The notes beneath the pieces are model-generated. The model saw nothing but the letters and a program-made list of their open reading frames with translations. It did not search any database and was not told where the DNA came from. Position numbers and translations under genes: made by a program. Below, in pieces: positions 10,668-21,249 of a DNA stretch of 64,000 bases. The stretch covers positions 1-64,000 of the forward strand of contig JAQBUT010000005.1 of NCBI GenBank assembly GCA_027623195.1, written 5' to 3'. The first letter of the stretch is position 1. Each line of letters begins with the position of its first letter. Source of the DNA: Chloroflexota bacterium (lineage in GTDB: Bacteria; Chloroflexota; Dehalococcoidia; Lucifugimonadales; JADFKI01).

Positions 10668-10869
10668 TGCGGCATATCACCCTTTTTTCGCTTTGCGCCA
10701 AAAGTGCCAGGTCTGGTTTCATTGTCCTTTGAGCCACGACGGCGGAGACGAACTAACTTCCATAACTACGTCCCCCATGACCGACTTTTTGTGCCAGGCC
10801 ATGCTCGATTTATATAGGACCTCCTATATAGGAACCTACGCTACCGGGTATCCAAAATGCCTAAGAATG

Positions 10870-12063
10870 TCAGATAACCCCCGAGGCTCGAAGGGTGGCT
10901 AGGTCCTGCTCCCCAAGCCCTAACAGGCTGGACAGCACCTCGTCAGAGTTCTCTCCCAGCAGCGGTGGAGGCTCCACCTTCACCTGATTTGACGCGATCT
11001 TAATGGGGTTCCCCATGGCGACGTACTTGCCGCGAGCGGGGTCGTCCATGTCCACCAGCATTTCCCTAGCCCTCAGGTGGGGGTCTTGCAGCACTTCTAA
11101 AGTGTCCTGCACTGCGCCGCACGGGATGCCAAGCCCAGCCAGTTCAGACATGACTTCGTGCTTACCCTTGGTCATGGTGTAGGAGGTGACAATGGCTTCC
11201 ACCTCGTCTGGTCGCCTATCTCGTGCCTCTTTTGTGGCATAGCGCTCATCTCCAATGAGATCGGACCGGGCAGCCAACGCCAGCAGCGTATCCCAGGAGT
11301 CTCCGGCCAGTATCAATGCCACGAAGTCGTCAGTTCCACCGGGCAGACATGGGTAGATCAGACTGGGGCCGCCCCAGGCGCGGTTGCCATTGCGGGTTAC
11401 AGGCTTTTCGTTGATCAACGTGTCCATTATGCGGATGCGCATGAGGTTTACCACGGCATCCTGCATAGAAACCTCGACCATCTGACTCTCGCCGGTCTGG
11501 TCGCGCTGTCGCAGGGCGGCCAGCATACCTATGGCGCAGTGCAGCCCCGTACCTGAGTCTCCTACACCCGGGGCGACGAAGGTCGGGTCGCCTCCTGTAT
11601 TGCCGTTCGCGCTCATCGCGCCGCCCGTGGCCTGGGCTATGTGCTCAAAGCTTTTGATATGAGCATTGGGGCCGTACGTCCCGAAGCCCTTGATTGTGGC
11701 ATAGACAATTTTAGGGTTGGCCCTCTTCAGCACCTCGTACCCTAGGCCGAACATATCCATGCGTCCCGGACCGTAGTTTTCTACAACGATATCCGACACT
11801 TCAACCAGCTTTAGCAGCAGCGCTTTACCCTCTTCCGTCTTAAGATTTAAGGTCACGCTGCGCTTGTTGGAGTTGAATATCAGATAGTAAAAGCTGTCCA
11901 CGTCCGGATCGGTGGCCCGTTCATGCCGTGTTCGGTCGCCCACGCCGGGCTCCTCAACCTTGATGACGTCGGCGCCCTGCCAAGCCAGCAACTGAGTGCA
12001 CGACGGTCCGGCCTGGACCTGCGTGAGGTCGAGTATTCTGATGCCTTCCAATGGGCTGGTCAT
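10870..12063 (-). CDS. Family III CoA-transferase (formyl-CoA transferase-like)
   Basis: PLEGIRILDLTQVQAGP, NSNKRSVTLNLK, GDSGTG catalytic Asp region. Confidence 0.9.
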   Translation of the reverse strand: MTSPLEGIRILDLTQVQAGPSCTQLLAWQGADVIKVEEPGVGDRTRHERATDPDVDSFYYLIFNSNKRSVTLNLKTEEGKALLLKLVEVSDIVVENYGPGRMDMFGLGYEVLKRANPKIVYATIKGFGTYGPNAHIKSFEHIAQATGGAMSANGNTGGDPTFVAPGVGDSGTGLHCAIGMLAALRQRDQTGESQMVEVSMQDAVVNLMRIRIMDTLINEKPVTRNGNRAWGGPSLIYPCLPGGTDDFVALILAGDSWDTLLALAARSDLIGDERYATKEARDRRPDEVEAIVTSYTMTKGKHEVMSELAGLGIPCGAVQDTLEVLQDPHLRAREMLVDMDDPARGKYVAMGNPIKIASNQVKVEPPPLLGENSDEVLSSLLGLGEQDLATLRASGVI

Positions 12064-12093
12064 AGGGATCCTCCGATGTCACATACGCTCACG

Positions 12094-12576
12094 TTAAACC
12101 TCCGCCGCGATGCCGGCAACGTCTGCGAAGTACCTGTCCTTGCCGCCTCCGCGACGAACGAATACGATTCCATCAGTCCCAACGTAGCGGTCTCGAAAAT
12201 CCTCGAAGTACTGCAACCGTTCCGGCTGAAACTCCGTAGGGCTTTCGTCATCGTCCAGCCAAGGGTTGGGAAAGTAGAAGCGGATCAGCGTTACGCCGTC
12301 ACCCGACGAAAGCCTAACGTAGAAAAGCTTGGGCATCACATCATGGGTCTGGTCGGAGTTCTCCACGAACTGCACTCCGTCCACAGTTGCCATATTCAGG
12401 TGCACATGCCAGTCCTGAGACTCAATGGTGGCCCATTGGCCCTTGTATTCGGGTGCCGGCATGTCTCTGACGTGCATTTCGCTAACAGCCCCACCAGAAT
12501 CTATTACAACCAGCATCTGGTCCGACGTTATTAGCTCGGTCACCAGCTTCTTTATTATTTCCTGATTCATAGCCAC
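12094..12576 (-). CDS. Hypothetical protein, HutX/ChuX-like
   Basis: GAVSE..WAT..WHVHL..V.FVE pattern resembles heme-carrier HutX/ChuX. Confidence 0.5.
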   Translation of the reverse strand: MAMNQEIIKKLVTELITSDQMLVVIDSGGAVSEMHVRDMPAPEYKGQWATIESQDWHVHLNMATVDGVQFVENSDQTHDVMPKLFYVRLSSGDGVTLIRFYFPNPWLDDDESPTEFQPERLQYFEDFRDRYVGTDGIVFVRRGGGKDRYFADVAGIAAEV

Positions 12577-12831
12577 CCGCCTTCGGTAATCTTTTCCTAT
12601 ATTCCACTGAGCCTGGAAAGGCTAACCCTGTTTGCCAGATCAACCACCGTGCCTCGACACTCGTAAGACCCGGCAATTGTAGGTCCTGGGAGTTGGCCTC
12701 AGTGGTAACCTAGCGGTATTTCGTTGACGGCTCGGAAAGCCAAATGATAGCATCTCTGCGTTTGAATGCGGCAATGTTCCGGCGGAATTTAACATGTACG
12801 TGACAACATTTACGGCCTGCCCGCACAGTGG

Positions 12832-14127
12832 GTGCATACGTTGGCTATAGCCGAGCGACTAGCGCAGCGTAGCCCAATCTATTACGGGTGGATCGTATTG
12901 GCCGCCGCCGGCAGCTCGCAGGTGGTGCGCAACGCCGCTGCCAGCCTCACAATCGCCGTCTTTATGTTTCCGCTTGCGGAAGAGTTAGGTTGGAGCCGCA
13001 CACTTATCGCCGGCGCAGCCAGCTTGGGCGGCCTTGCCGCTACCGGAGCCTCACCAATGGTTGGTTGGCTGGTCGACAAGTACGGCGCCAGATTGGTTCT
13101 GGCTGTCAGCATCTTCGTCCTGGGCCTTTCCACTATCTCTTTGTCCTGGGCCACTGTTCCAATAGCCTTTTATTTGGCCTATGCCACCGGACGGGTGATC
13201 TTTTCCAGCCCTATTCAGATAGGGGCATCCGTTGTGGTCTCCCGCTGGTTTATAAAAACCAGGGGTCGGGCCAATGGACTCCTTTCTCTATCGCATTCCA
13301 TAGGCATGGTGGGATTCCCTATCATTGCCTCCCTGGTAATCGCTAGCCAGGGTTGGCGGACTGCCTGGGTGGTTCTAGGAGTCCTGGTTTGGGTCATAGC
13401 GTTGGCTCCCGTATCGCTGCTTATAGTCCAACGACCAGAAGACGTAGGGCTGCTGCCTGACGGAGACAAGCCCGGCACAGGAGCAACCGACGGCAGCGCC
13501 CGCGCAGTAGAGGAGCCGCAATGGACGTCCAAAGAGGCCATGAGGACCTCCGCACTGTGGATTCTAGCGATAGGCGTCGGACTCCTATTCGTTATGCAGG
13601 CCGGAACCAACGTGCATATGGCCGCGTACTTCCGAGACCAGGGATTAACCACATCCGTAGCAGGCCTGGCGTTAAGCTTTAACGCGGGCTTCATGGGTGT
13701 AGGCAGTATCATCTGGGGCTGGTTGATAGACAGGGTTCCGGTCAGGATTACCCTGGCAGGGGTCGCCCTGATAATGGCTATGGCATCCATCATGTTGGTT
13801 ACGGCCGATACTACGGTTGAAGCCTTGGCATATTCGGGGCTCTTCGGCTTCGGACTAGGTGGAATGCTTGTGGCCCCTCCTGTCGCATATGCTAACTACT
13901 TCGGTAGGCGTTCCCTTGGCGTTATTCGTGGCGTCACCGAGCCATTTACGTCTTTGGGGCAGGCCATTGGAGCCTTGCTCTCCGGCGCGATTTTCGACAT
14001 TACCGGCAGCTACTTGATCGCCTTCGTCACGTTCGCGGTTCTTGGCGTGCTTACGATGGTCATCGTGATGTTGGCCAAGCCGCCAAGGCACGCTTCCGAA
14101 AGTATCGTAGCCCCACAAATCACGTAG
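12832..14127 (+). CDS. MFS transporter
   Basis: About 12 hydrophobic segments; GWLVDKYGAR motif A; YYGW N-terminus. Confidence 0.9.
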   Translation: MHTLAIAERLAQRSPIYYGWIVLAAAGSSQVVRNAAASLTIAVFMFPLAEELGWSRTLIAGAASLGGLAATGASPMVGWLVDKYGARLVLAVSIFVLGLSTISLSWATVPIAFYLAYATGRVIFSSPIQIGASVVVSRWFIKTRGRANGLLSLSHSIGMVGFPIIASLVIASQGWRTAWVVLGVLVWVIALAPVSLLIVQRPEDVGLLPDGDKPGTGATDGSARAVEEPQWTSKEAMRTSALWILAIGVGLLFVMQAGTNVHMAAYFRDQGLTTSVAGLALSFNAGFMGVGSIIWGWLIDRVPVRITLAGVALIMAMASIMLVTADTTVEALAYSGLFGFGLGGMLVAPPVAYANYFGRRSLGVIRGVTEPFTSLGQAIGALLSGAIFDITGSYLIAFVTFAVLGVLTMVIVMLAKPPRHASESIVAPQIT

Positions 14128-14179
14128 GGCTACTCCATTTGCAGCCGCGTAAGCCGGTGTTTAGCCATAGACGACCCGA

Positions 14180-14209
14180 TTGACTGAAAACGGCCTGCCG
14201 TGATATAAT
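14180..14209 (+). promoter_or_regulatory. Sigma70-type promoter of glmU
   Basis: TTGACT-18 nt-TATAAT with extended -10 TG. Confidence 0.7.
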
Positions 14210-14305
14210 TATCTAAAGTGCACGATTCTGGAAAACGCCCCAAAAATGGACTGCCTCATGCATTGCGAATCCGTGGTGCCTTGGGCAGTTTTGTGATTTA
14301 AGGCT

Positions 14306-15673
14306 ATGAGTACCCACGCTGCAGTCATCCTTGCTGCCGGCAAGGGCACCCGCATGAATTCCCGCACCCCCAAGGTTCTGCACCAAGTTTGCGGGACGGA
14401 GATGTTGTGCCTTGTGGGCGAGGCCGCCAGGCAGGCTGGTCTTGCTCCAGTAGCTGTAGTTGTGCCTCAAGATTCTGGCCTAATCGAATCTGCTCTTGGC
14501 TCTGAAGTGTCCTACGTAACGCAGAAAGAGCAACTGGGCACGGGTCATGCGGTCCTCCAGGCCGAAAAGCTAATGAAGACCGTCGATAACATCCTGGTGA
14601 TGTACGGCGATGTTCCATTAGTCAACGCCAACACCCTCAAGCAAATGATGAAGCGTCACGACGAGACCGAGGCATGCATCACTTTGCTTACCTCCACGCT
14701 GGTAAACCCGACCGGCCTGGGACGCATCATTCGAGACCCATCTGGGACGATCACCGCCATCGTCGAAGAACAGGAAGCCGACGCCCAGACCAGATCCATC
14801 AGAGAGATCAATAGTGGCTTCTACTGCTTCCGCGGTCCATGGCTCTGGAAACACCTCAATGGCCTTCCTCCTTCCAAAAAGGGCGAGGTTTTCCTTACAG
14901 ACCTTGTGGCCTTGGCTTCCCTACAGGGCATGCAGATAGAATCCATTCTGTCGGAGGACGCCTACGAGACGATGGGCGTGAACAATCGGGTTCAACTGGC
15001 AGAGGCCGAGACCGTCATGCGGCAGCGCATCCGAGAGCATTGGATGATGAGCGGCGTCTCTATGCCGGACCCATCATCTGTATACATCGACCACACGGTT
15101 GAGCTAGGTCAGGACACCATAATTCTGCCTAACACGCACATCACTGGCCGAACGCAGGTCGGAGAGGCATGCAGAATCGGACCCAACTCAATGATCTCCG
15201 ACTCCTCTATAGGAAACGGTTGCGACGTGCTATCCTCCGTGATTCGCGATTCCCACCTGGACGATAACGTAGATGTAGGCCCCTTCAGTCATATTCGCGG
15301 TGGCTCGCACCTTGGGCAAGGGGTTCACGTGGGAACTTCGGCTGAAATCAAAAACAGTCGGTTGGGCCCGGACACGAAAATGGGACATTTCAGCTACATG
15401 GGTGACGCCCATTTAGGCAAAAACGTGAACATTGCCGCCGGCGCCATAACGTGTAATTTCGACGGCGAAAACAAAAACGAGACATACATCGGTGATGACG
15501 TTTTTGTAGGCTGTGACACCATGTTGGTCGCCCCTGTAACCATGGGCAAAGGGTCCGCAACAGGAGCTGGATCCGTCGTTACCAAAGACGTGGCGGAAAA
15601 CACCCTGGTAGTGGGCGTTCCAGCCAAAGAATTACCAAAGAAACCCAAATCAGTTAAGGAGCCGAACTCATAG
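14306..15673 (+). CDS. glmU: Bifunctional UDP-GlcNAc pyrophosphorylase/GlcN-1-P acetyltransferase
   Basis: LAAGKGTRM.S..PKVLH, QLGTGHA, GVNNRVQL, hexapeptide repeats, HFSYMGD. Confidence 0.97.
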   Translation: MSTHAAVILAAGKGTRMNSRTPKVLHQVCGTEMLCLVGEAARQAGLAPVAVVVPQDSGLIESALGSEVSYVTQKEQLGTGHAVLQAEKLMKTVDNILVMYGDVPLVNANTLKQMMKRHDETEACITLLTSTLVNPTGLGRIIRDPSGTITAIVEEQEADAQTRSIREINSGFYCFRGPWLWKHLNGLPPSKKGEVFLTDLVALASLQGMQIESILSEDAYETMGVNNRVQLAEAETVMRQRIREHWMMSGVSMPDPSSVYIDHTVELGQDTIILPNTHITGRTQVGEACRIGPNSMISDSSIGNGCDVLSSVIRDSHLDDNVDVGPFSHIRGGSHLGQGVHVGTSAEIKNSRLGPDTKMGHFSYMGDAHLGKNVNIAAGAITCNFDGENKNETYIGDDVFVGCDTMLVAPVTMGKGSATGAGSVVTKDVAENTLVVGVPAKELPKKPKSVKEPNS

Positions 15674-15713
15674 CGCATCAGATCGAAGTTGTCGATCGGA
15701 AGCGTGATTTCAT

Positions 15714-16997
15714 ATGGATAGTGATAGTAGTAGTCCCCTAATACCCGCAATCGTCTTCATAGTTTCGTTCATCGTCTTCTCTCTAGCGTATCTCGCCGAA
15801 AAAACCATCGCTGCCATACGCCGTGAGCGTATCCAGCGGCTGGTGGCGCAGGAACACCCCGGAGCCACCCACCTGGAAAGCCTCCAATCACTTCCATTAG
15901 GCCCCGTCGGATCACTGACATTCCTAAAGCACATCGCTTTTGCCGCTAGTTTCCTCTCCGCCTCCGCAGTTGCCGTAAGCCAATCAGGACTAGGATGGCA
16001 GCCAATAACGCTGGCCGGAGCCTTAGTAATAGTATTGCAACTAGTCGTCTACGGCGTGGTGCGTTCCGCTTACGCCACATACGGAGACAGCATAGCCCTC
16101 AGGGCGGCCTACCCAGCCCGTGCGCTGGCTTGGATTCTTCATCCTCCCCTGGCTTTGGTAGTGGCACTCACGGCCAAGTTCACTCCCGCCAACGGCAACG
16201 GCCACGCCCAGTCAGACAATCCAGTTGTAGAGATCGGAATGTCTCTGGAGGAGGACGGCGAGCTTCTGGATAAGCGCGAGGTGGAGATGATCCGGGGCGT
16301 GGTGGAGTTAGACGACACGGTAGCACGAGAAATCATGGTTCCCAGGGTAGATATGGCTGTGGCGGAAATCGGCATACCAATAGCAGAGTTGGCTGAGATG
16401 ATGGTGGAAAAAGGCCATAGCCGAATCCCTGTTTACAGAGAGCGCCTGGATCGGATAGAGGGCATAGTATACGCCCGAGATATCCTTAGGGAAGTTGCCA
16501 CCGGTGACACCACACCTCAAATTCTGGTGGAGAGCATCATCAGGCCCGCCCTATTCATTCCCGAATCCAAAACCCTGGAAGAGCTTTTGGGCGAGTTCCA
16601 AACACGACGTGTTCATATGGCGATCGTGGTGGACGAGTACGGGGGCGTCTCGGGTCTCGTCACAATCGAGGACCTGCTTGAAGAGATCGTGGGTGAGATT
16701 CTAGACGAATTCGATGTGGGGGAGCCTGAGGTTATCGCCCTTAGCGATTCCGAATTCATGATGGACGCTCGCGTTAGCATCGATGACTTGAATACCCTTC
16801 TGAACGTCTATGTCCAGGGGGACGGCTTCGACACTCTGGGAGGATTTGTCTACCAACGTTTGGGCAAAATCCCGAGTGTTGGCGATTCCATTGACTACGA
16901 TGGTCTTCGGATAGAGGTTATCTCCACGACCGGCCGCCGCCTGAAAAGGCTGAAGGTCACGAAAATACCAATGGAGTCCAATGCAGAGTCCGCCTAG
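15714..16997 (+). CDS. HlyC/CorC (CNNM) family CBS-domain membrane protein
   Basis: N-terminal TM region, REIMVPR, HSRIPVY, VDEYGGVSGLVTIEDLLEEIVGEI. Confidence 0.92.
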   Translation: MDSDSSSPLIPAIVFIVSFIVFSLAYLAEKTIAAIRRERIQRLVAQEHPGATHLESLQSLPLGPVGSLTFLKHIAFAASFLSASAVAVSQSGLGWQPITLAGALVIVLQLVVYGVVRSAYATYGDSIALRAAYPARALAWILHPPLALVVALTAKFTPANGNGHAQSDNPVVEIGMSLEEDGELLDKREVEMIRGVVELDDTVAREIMVPRVDMAVAEIGIPIAELAEMMVEKGHSRIPVYRERLDRIEGIVYARDILREVATGDTTPQILVESIIRPALFIPESKTLEELLGEFQTRRVHMAIVVDEYGGVSGLVTIEDLLEEIVGEILDEFDVGEPEVIALSDSEFMMDARVSIDDLNTLLNVYVQGDGFDTLGGFVYQRLGKIPSVGDSIDYDGLRIEVISTTGRRLKRLKVTKIPMESNAESA

Positions 16998-17593
16998 TCC
17001 CTCCGGTTCCGTCGCACAGTGCCCGCCAACGGCTTCTCTGACCCCAGCAACCCACTCGCTTCAGGCGTAGGCCACGATCACAAATTAATGACTCTCTATA
17101 GGCCGTTGCATCGAATTGGCATAGGCATTGGAGATCAAACTGCCATCACTAATACCATTCTTAAGCACTCAGAAGGCCCCAGGCGGGTGTTTTAGTTGAG
17201 ACCAAACAAAACCCCACCGACACCCTACTTAGATCAGATGACTAGACCCAGACTGTACGGCCCCAAATATGAGTGCCATCTGTTTATCCCACGGATCGTT
17301 CGGAGGTTGCATCTTCTTATTCGACATTAGCGGTCGGTCCTTCACAAGAAGAGAGGCCGCTCTTCCCATTACAACGTCAATTTGGTTAGCGCCGACTGCA
17401 TCGGTCCTTCCCATGGCGATATCATTGGCGTCTTATGACTGTCTCTGTAGGACAATCCAGGCGATACCTTAGTGTCCGCAACTGGAAATCTCTGAGAACC
17501 AGCATATGGCTCCCACCATGGTTTGGCAGGGCAACCCGACCCATGATGGCTCCTTACCACTAAGCCCCCCATTACCCTCTCCGAAAATCAAGC

Positions 17594-17631
17594 AAAAAAA
17601 TAGGCCCTCGCGCTTACCGCGCGAGGGCCTA
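17594..17631 (-). terminator. Intrinsic terminator of the collagen-like gene
   Basis: 13-bp perfect stem TAGGCCCTCGCGC/GCGCGAGGGCCTA with T7 tract on the minus strand. Confidence 0.9.
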
Positions 17632-17659
17632 CCTACTTAGTTACCTAGAGCTTAGTCTA

Positions 17660-18523
17660 TTACTTGGTGGTGACTACTGTAATCGGCGCACTCGCGGTGC
17701 TAGCAGAAGCGCTACCACTGGCATTTACGCTATAGACATCGGCTTCCTGATCAATCGTCGCCGTGAGCGACAACGCACCGAAGTCATTAGCAGTTCCACC
17801 GGCTACTGGTGAACCCGCCACAGATACTGTGACGCTCTCTCCAGCCGCCCAGCCAGCCAATAGCACCGTGATGTTTCCACCAGTAGCTACGACCGTGCGG
17901 TCCAGGGCTATACTAGGTGTTCCACCCGATCCTACATCCACCACACTGATAGGCGCGCTTGCCTTGCTGCCATCAGAACCGCTAGCCAATACAGCGAAAG
18001 GATTGCTCCCGTTGCTCGACAATGCGGTGATCCTTGCCAGCGTTGGCGCCTTGAACTCAGCACCAATATCGGCTGACGAGAACTTGAAGTTTCCGCCTGC
18101 ATCGGCTGTGACCTGAGCACGTCTACCGCCGCCTACGAAAGGCTCAAGGTTGTCATCAACGACCAGAAGAATAGCAACTGGCTCGTTTGCCTTAAACCCG
18201 GAACCCGTCACGCCCAAAGCCCCATGGACTCCGACAGAATCCTTGCTAAGCACTATTTCAGCCTGTGCCGATCCGGCGCCACCTACGCCGACAGTACCAT
18301 CAACTCCGGCAACTCCGGCGGGACCTGGAGGGCCGGGGTTTCCAGGGTTACCTGGAAGCCCGGGCTCACCCGGGGCACCAGCAGCGCCAGGATTACCAGG
18401 GAGACCAGGTAAGCCAGGCTCACCTTGAGGCCCCTGAGGCCCTGTACACGCTAGGATAACTATGACGAAAACTGAGAAAAGCAGGGTAATCATCTTACCC
18501 ATGGAAGGGAAAAGCTTTCTCAT
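17660..18523 (-). CDS. Lipoprotein with collagen-like Gly-X-Y repeat and two beta-rich domains
   Basis: Lipobox ILAC followed by 17 Gly-X-Y triplets; two related segments (GSGFKANE.V / AGWAAGE.V). Confidence 0.85.
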   Translation of the reverse strand: MRKLFPSMGKMITLLFSVFVIVILACTGPQGPQGEPGLPGLPGNPGAAGAPGEPGLPGNPGNPGPPGPAGVAGVDGTVGVGGAGSAQAEIVLSKDSVGVHGALGVTGSGFKANEPVAILLVVDDNLEPFVGGGRRAQVTADAGGNFKFSSADIGAEFKAPTLARITALSSNGSNPFAVLASGSDGSKASAPISVVDVGSGGTPSIALDRTVVATGGNITVLLAGWAAGESVTVSVAGSPVAGGTANDFGALSLTATIDQEADVYSVNASGSASASTASAPITVVTTK

Positions 18524-18633
18524 CTGACCCCCTCTACGTTGAGAATACGACTAAACCGCTGTAAATCACATGCGGCAAAATAACCGAACATAACCCACGC
18601 CGGAGACCCCGGCGGCATCCAAACAGCGGCCTA

Positions 18634-18662
18634 ATCATATGCACCACAGAAGCTGATGTCAA
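18634..18662 (-). promoter_or_regulatory. Near-consensus sigma70 promoter
   Basis: TTGACA-17 nt-TATGAT. Confidence 0.75.
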
Positions 18663-19085
18663 TACCTTTCAGTACCCTTTTGGGACTGACCTTCGGGCCG
18701 CAGAAACCATCGCCTGCGGGCGTATACGAAGTAATTTTCACGGTATGACGTTGCTCCAATTTTGGCCACTTCTGAGAGGTGATTAACCGCATGGTCTAAT
18801 CATCACCCAACATGCATAAAAAGTTCAATAGCCTAATTGGCCCAATTGCTCTAAAATCCGCGTCCATTTGTACATTGTTTGGCTAAAAAATCCATTTCGA
18901 CTGCAATTCCGGTCGACTCAAGCCCAGGCTATTCAGAACTGGTAAATGTATGAGACGGACTCCACACCGGCAGAATGTGTCGCGCGCGAGCAAGATTAGT
19001 GGCAGGCTACGGTCGGTATGGGAACGGGAAAATGCCATGGCTTAGCTTGTGATGCAGCAGGCCAACTGGTATATTTTCAACAGAC

Positions 19086-19157
19086 GCCTCCGTAGCTCAG
19101 TGGATAGAGTACTGGCCTCCGAAGCCAGGTGCGTGGGTTCGAGTCCCACCGGGGGCA
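19086..19157 (+). tRNA. tRNA-Arg (anticodon CCG), CCA not encoded
   Basis: Acceptor GCCTCCG/CGGGGGC, D arm AGCTCAGTGGATAGAG, anticodon arm CTGGC-CTCCGAA-GCCAG, T loop GTTCGAGTC. Confidence 0.95.
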
Positions 19158-19232
19158 CTCCCCCATAATTCACGCCTCCCAAACAGGCACCGCTTATCCC
19201 ACTTTAAAGGGCTCTGTTTTCCAAAAGGTGCT

Positions 19233-20885
19233 TCATACGCTTGGGGCTGGTGCGTTGGTAGCTTCATTGATTTCGTTTGTTCTTGCGAGGACTGCCTCAT
19301 CTATCTTATTCAGAAGGTGCTCTCTAGTGAGCGGCTTGGGTATGAAGGTCGCTTTGGAGTCCATTGCTCCGTGAGCTATTAGGGATTCTGCGGTATAACC
19401 CGAGGTGTAAACCACTAGCGTTTCCGGATGGATATCCCCCATTATCGCCGCCAAGTCTTTTGCACCCATCATGGGCATCAGAACGTCCGTGACGAGCAAC
19501 CGAAACGGCACATTAATGAATCGCTTTCCTATTTCCGCGGCCTCAATACCGTTAGAAGCCTCGAGCACCGTGTAGCCTTCCGCCGTCAGAATTGACGTAG
19601 TGACCCTTCGGACCACGGATTCATCGTCTACAACCAGCGCCACTGTGGAATTCTGATCGATCACCACATTGTTTTCAATGACGTCTTCCACACTGGCCTT
19701 AGGCATGGTCTCTTCGGTGACCGGATTCGTCACTTCGATTAGTGGAGCTTCCGGAACGTACATCTGAATCTGGGTTGCGAGCTGGGCTATTCGGTTTCCA
19801 GCCTCTTCAATTTCTGCCATGTGGGAAATCAACGGGCTGCCTTCGGGTAGTTTTTCTCGGGCCATCTTGGAATACGCCGTAATTGGCGTAACAAGATTAT
19901 TTATAGTGTGGGCCGACTTGGTGGCCATCTGCGCCGCGTCCTCGGCTACTTTAGCCTGGTTCAGGGCATCATCTAACTTCTTCTGGGCGTCGATCAAGAA
20001 TTGTTGGCTTTCGGCGGTGAACCCACCCTCTATAGGTTGGACAGGCACTTGACCTGATGGCGACGGCGCGGCGGCGGCCTGTTGGGCGGACGCCTGATTT
20101 GAAGAAGCCGATTCCGGTGCCTGACTGGCAGGACTATTCGCCTCGGATGTGGCCTGTGCAGGTGCTGCCTGGGAGGCACTGCGCAATTTGGCAACCATCT
20201 CTCCAACGGCGCTGGACAGTTGGGCAAATTCGCTTACCCCTTTAGTTTCATGCACGAACTTCCCGCCGTCGGACACCCTGTGGACGGCCCCTGTGATCCG
20301 CCTTACAGGGCCGATCAACATGCGCGACATCAACACAGAAGCTGCTACGCCTGCCAAACCCAAAATTGCGGTCTGCCAAACCCGCTGGGTGATTATTGTT
20401 GAAATCTCCTCCTTCAGCGGTTCGGTGCTGAAACCGTATTGAACACCTGCAATGGCTTTGCCGCCCAGCATAACTGGACTGGCGAATTCGATGAGAGCAC
20501 CTTGCGCCCTCTGGGTGACCGTTTCGGTATAAACGGCATTCGAACCGAAGCCGTCATTCGCCGCGTAGAACTCCGAATCCAGCTCTTTTGATAGCGGCTT
20601 GCCATCCGCCGAAAATACGACGAGATAAGCCAATTCCCTCCGAACCCTGGTCTCCCTAACTACATCGGCCAGCATTTGAGCGTCACCCGACGATATGGGT
20701 ACAGCGAAGGCATCAGTCACCGCCGTAGAAAGGGAAATGCCCCGTACCTCGACCTGTTCGGCAAAGGCTAGGCTTTCTCTTCTTACATCAAGGGCGGTCA
20801 ACACGGCGGAGGCTGCCAAAAGGAATAGCGCCATGTTTACTGCCAGAATGAGCGTAACGGTGGGCTTGAATGCGAAACGGCGCAT
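19233..20885 (-). CDS. Membrane sensor: 2 TM, HAMP, DHp(HisKA)-like, REC; no HATPase domain
   Basis: TM helices, HAMP (PVRRIT..EFAQLSSAV), H-box AHTINNLVT, REC LVVDDE..TDVLMP..SGY..KP. Confidence 0.78.
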   Translation of the reverse strand: MRRFAFKPTVTLILAVNMALFLLAASAVLTALDVRRESLAFAEQVEVRGISLSTAVTDAFAVPISSGDAQMLADVVRETRVRRELAYLVVFSADGKPLSKELDSEFYAANDGFGSNAVYTETVTQRAQGALIEFASPVMLGGKAIAGVQYGFSTEPLKEEISTIITQRVWQTAILGLAGVAASVLMSRMLIGPVRRITGAVHRVSDGGKFVHETKGVSEFAQLSSAVGEMVAKLRSASQAAPAQATSEANSPASQAPESASSNQASAQQAAAAPSPSGQVPVQPIEGGFTAESQQFLIDAQKKLDDALNQAKVAEDAAQMATKSAHTINNLVTPITAYSKMAREKLPEGSPLISHMAEIEEAGNRIAQLATQIQMYVPEAPLIEVTNPVTEETMPKASVEDVIENNVVIDQNSTVALVVDDESVVRRVTTSILTAEGYTVLEASNGIEAAEIGKRFINVPFRLLVTDVLMPMMGAKDLAAIMGDIHPETLVVYTSGYTAESLIAHGAMDSKATFIPKPLTREHLLNKIDEAVLARTNEINEATNAPAPSV

Positions 20886-21249
20886 CTTTATAAATGTGGT
20901 CCTATCTCGCCCCAGAAGGACGCATTGTGTGCGTTTGGTGTGTCATTCAGAATGACACCTCAATACGTACCAATGGTCGCCTATTTGGACTCGGCAGTCG
21001 TGGCGGAACCCCCGTATAGGCCATGGGTGCTAGTGCTAATTATTATCACGTGGCAGCGCAGTACCCCGACGGAAATGCACAGGTATTAGGCAATATCATG
21101 TTTTGGGGGACGGTGTAAGGTAAATTCAGTGAAGCGTCGGGGAAAATGAAAGGGAGTTGGACTATCGTTCAATAACTACGGTGTATTTTGAAGCCCACAG
21201 TCGATACGGAAAAACAGAAGGACGAAGACATGTCGCGCCGACGCACTTA

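Noticed and set aside
17000..17590. Short ORFs or ncRNA in the 600-bp gap
   Set aside because: No recognisable protein motif, and no SRP, RNase P or tmRNA signature.
19086..19157. tRNA as a genomic-island attachment site
   Set aside because: No integrase and no duplicated tRNA 3' end were seen.
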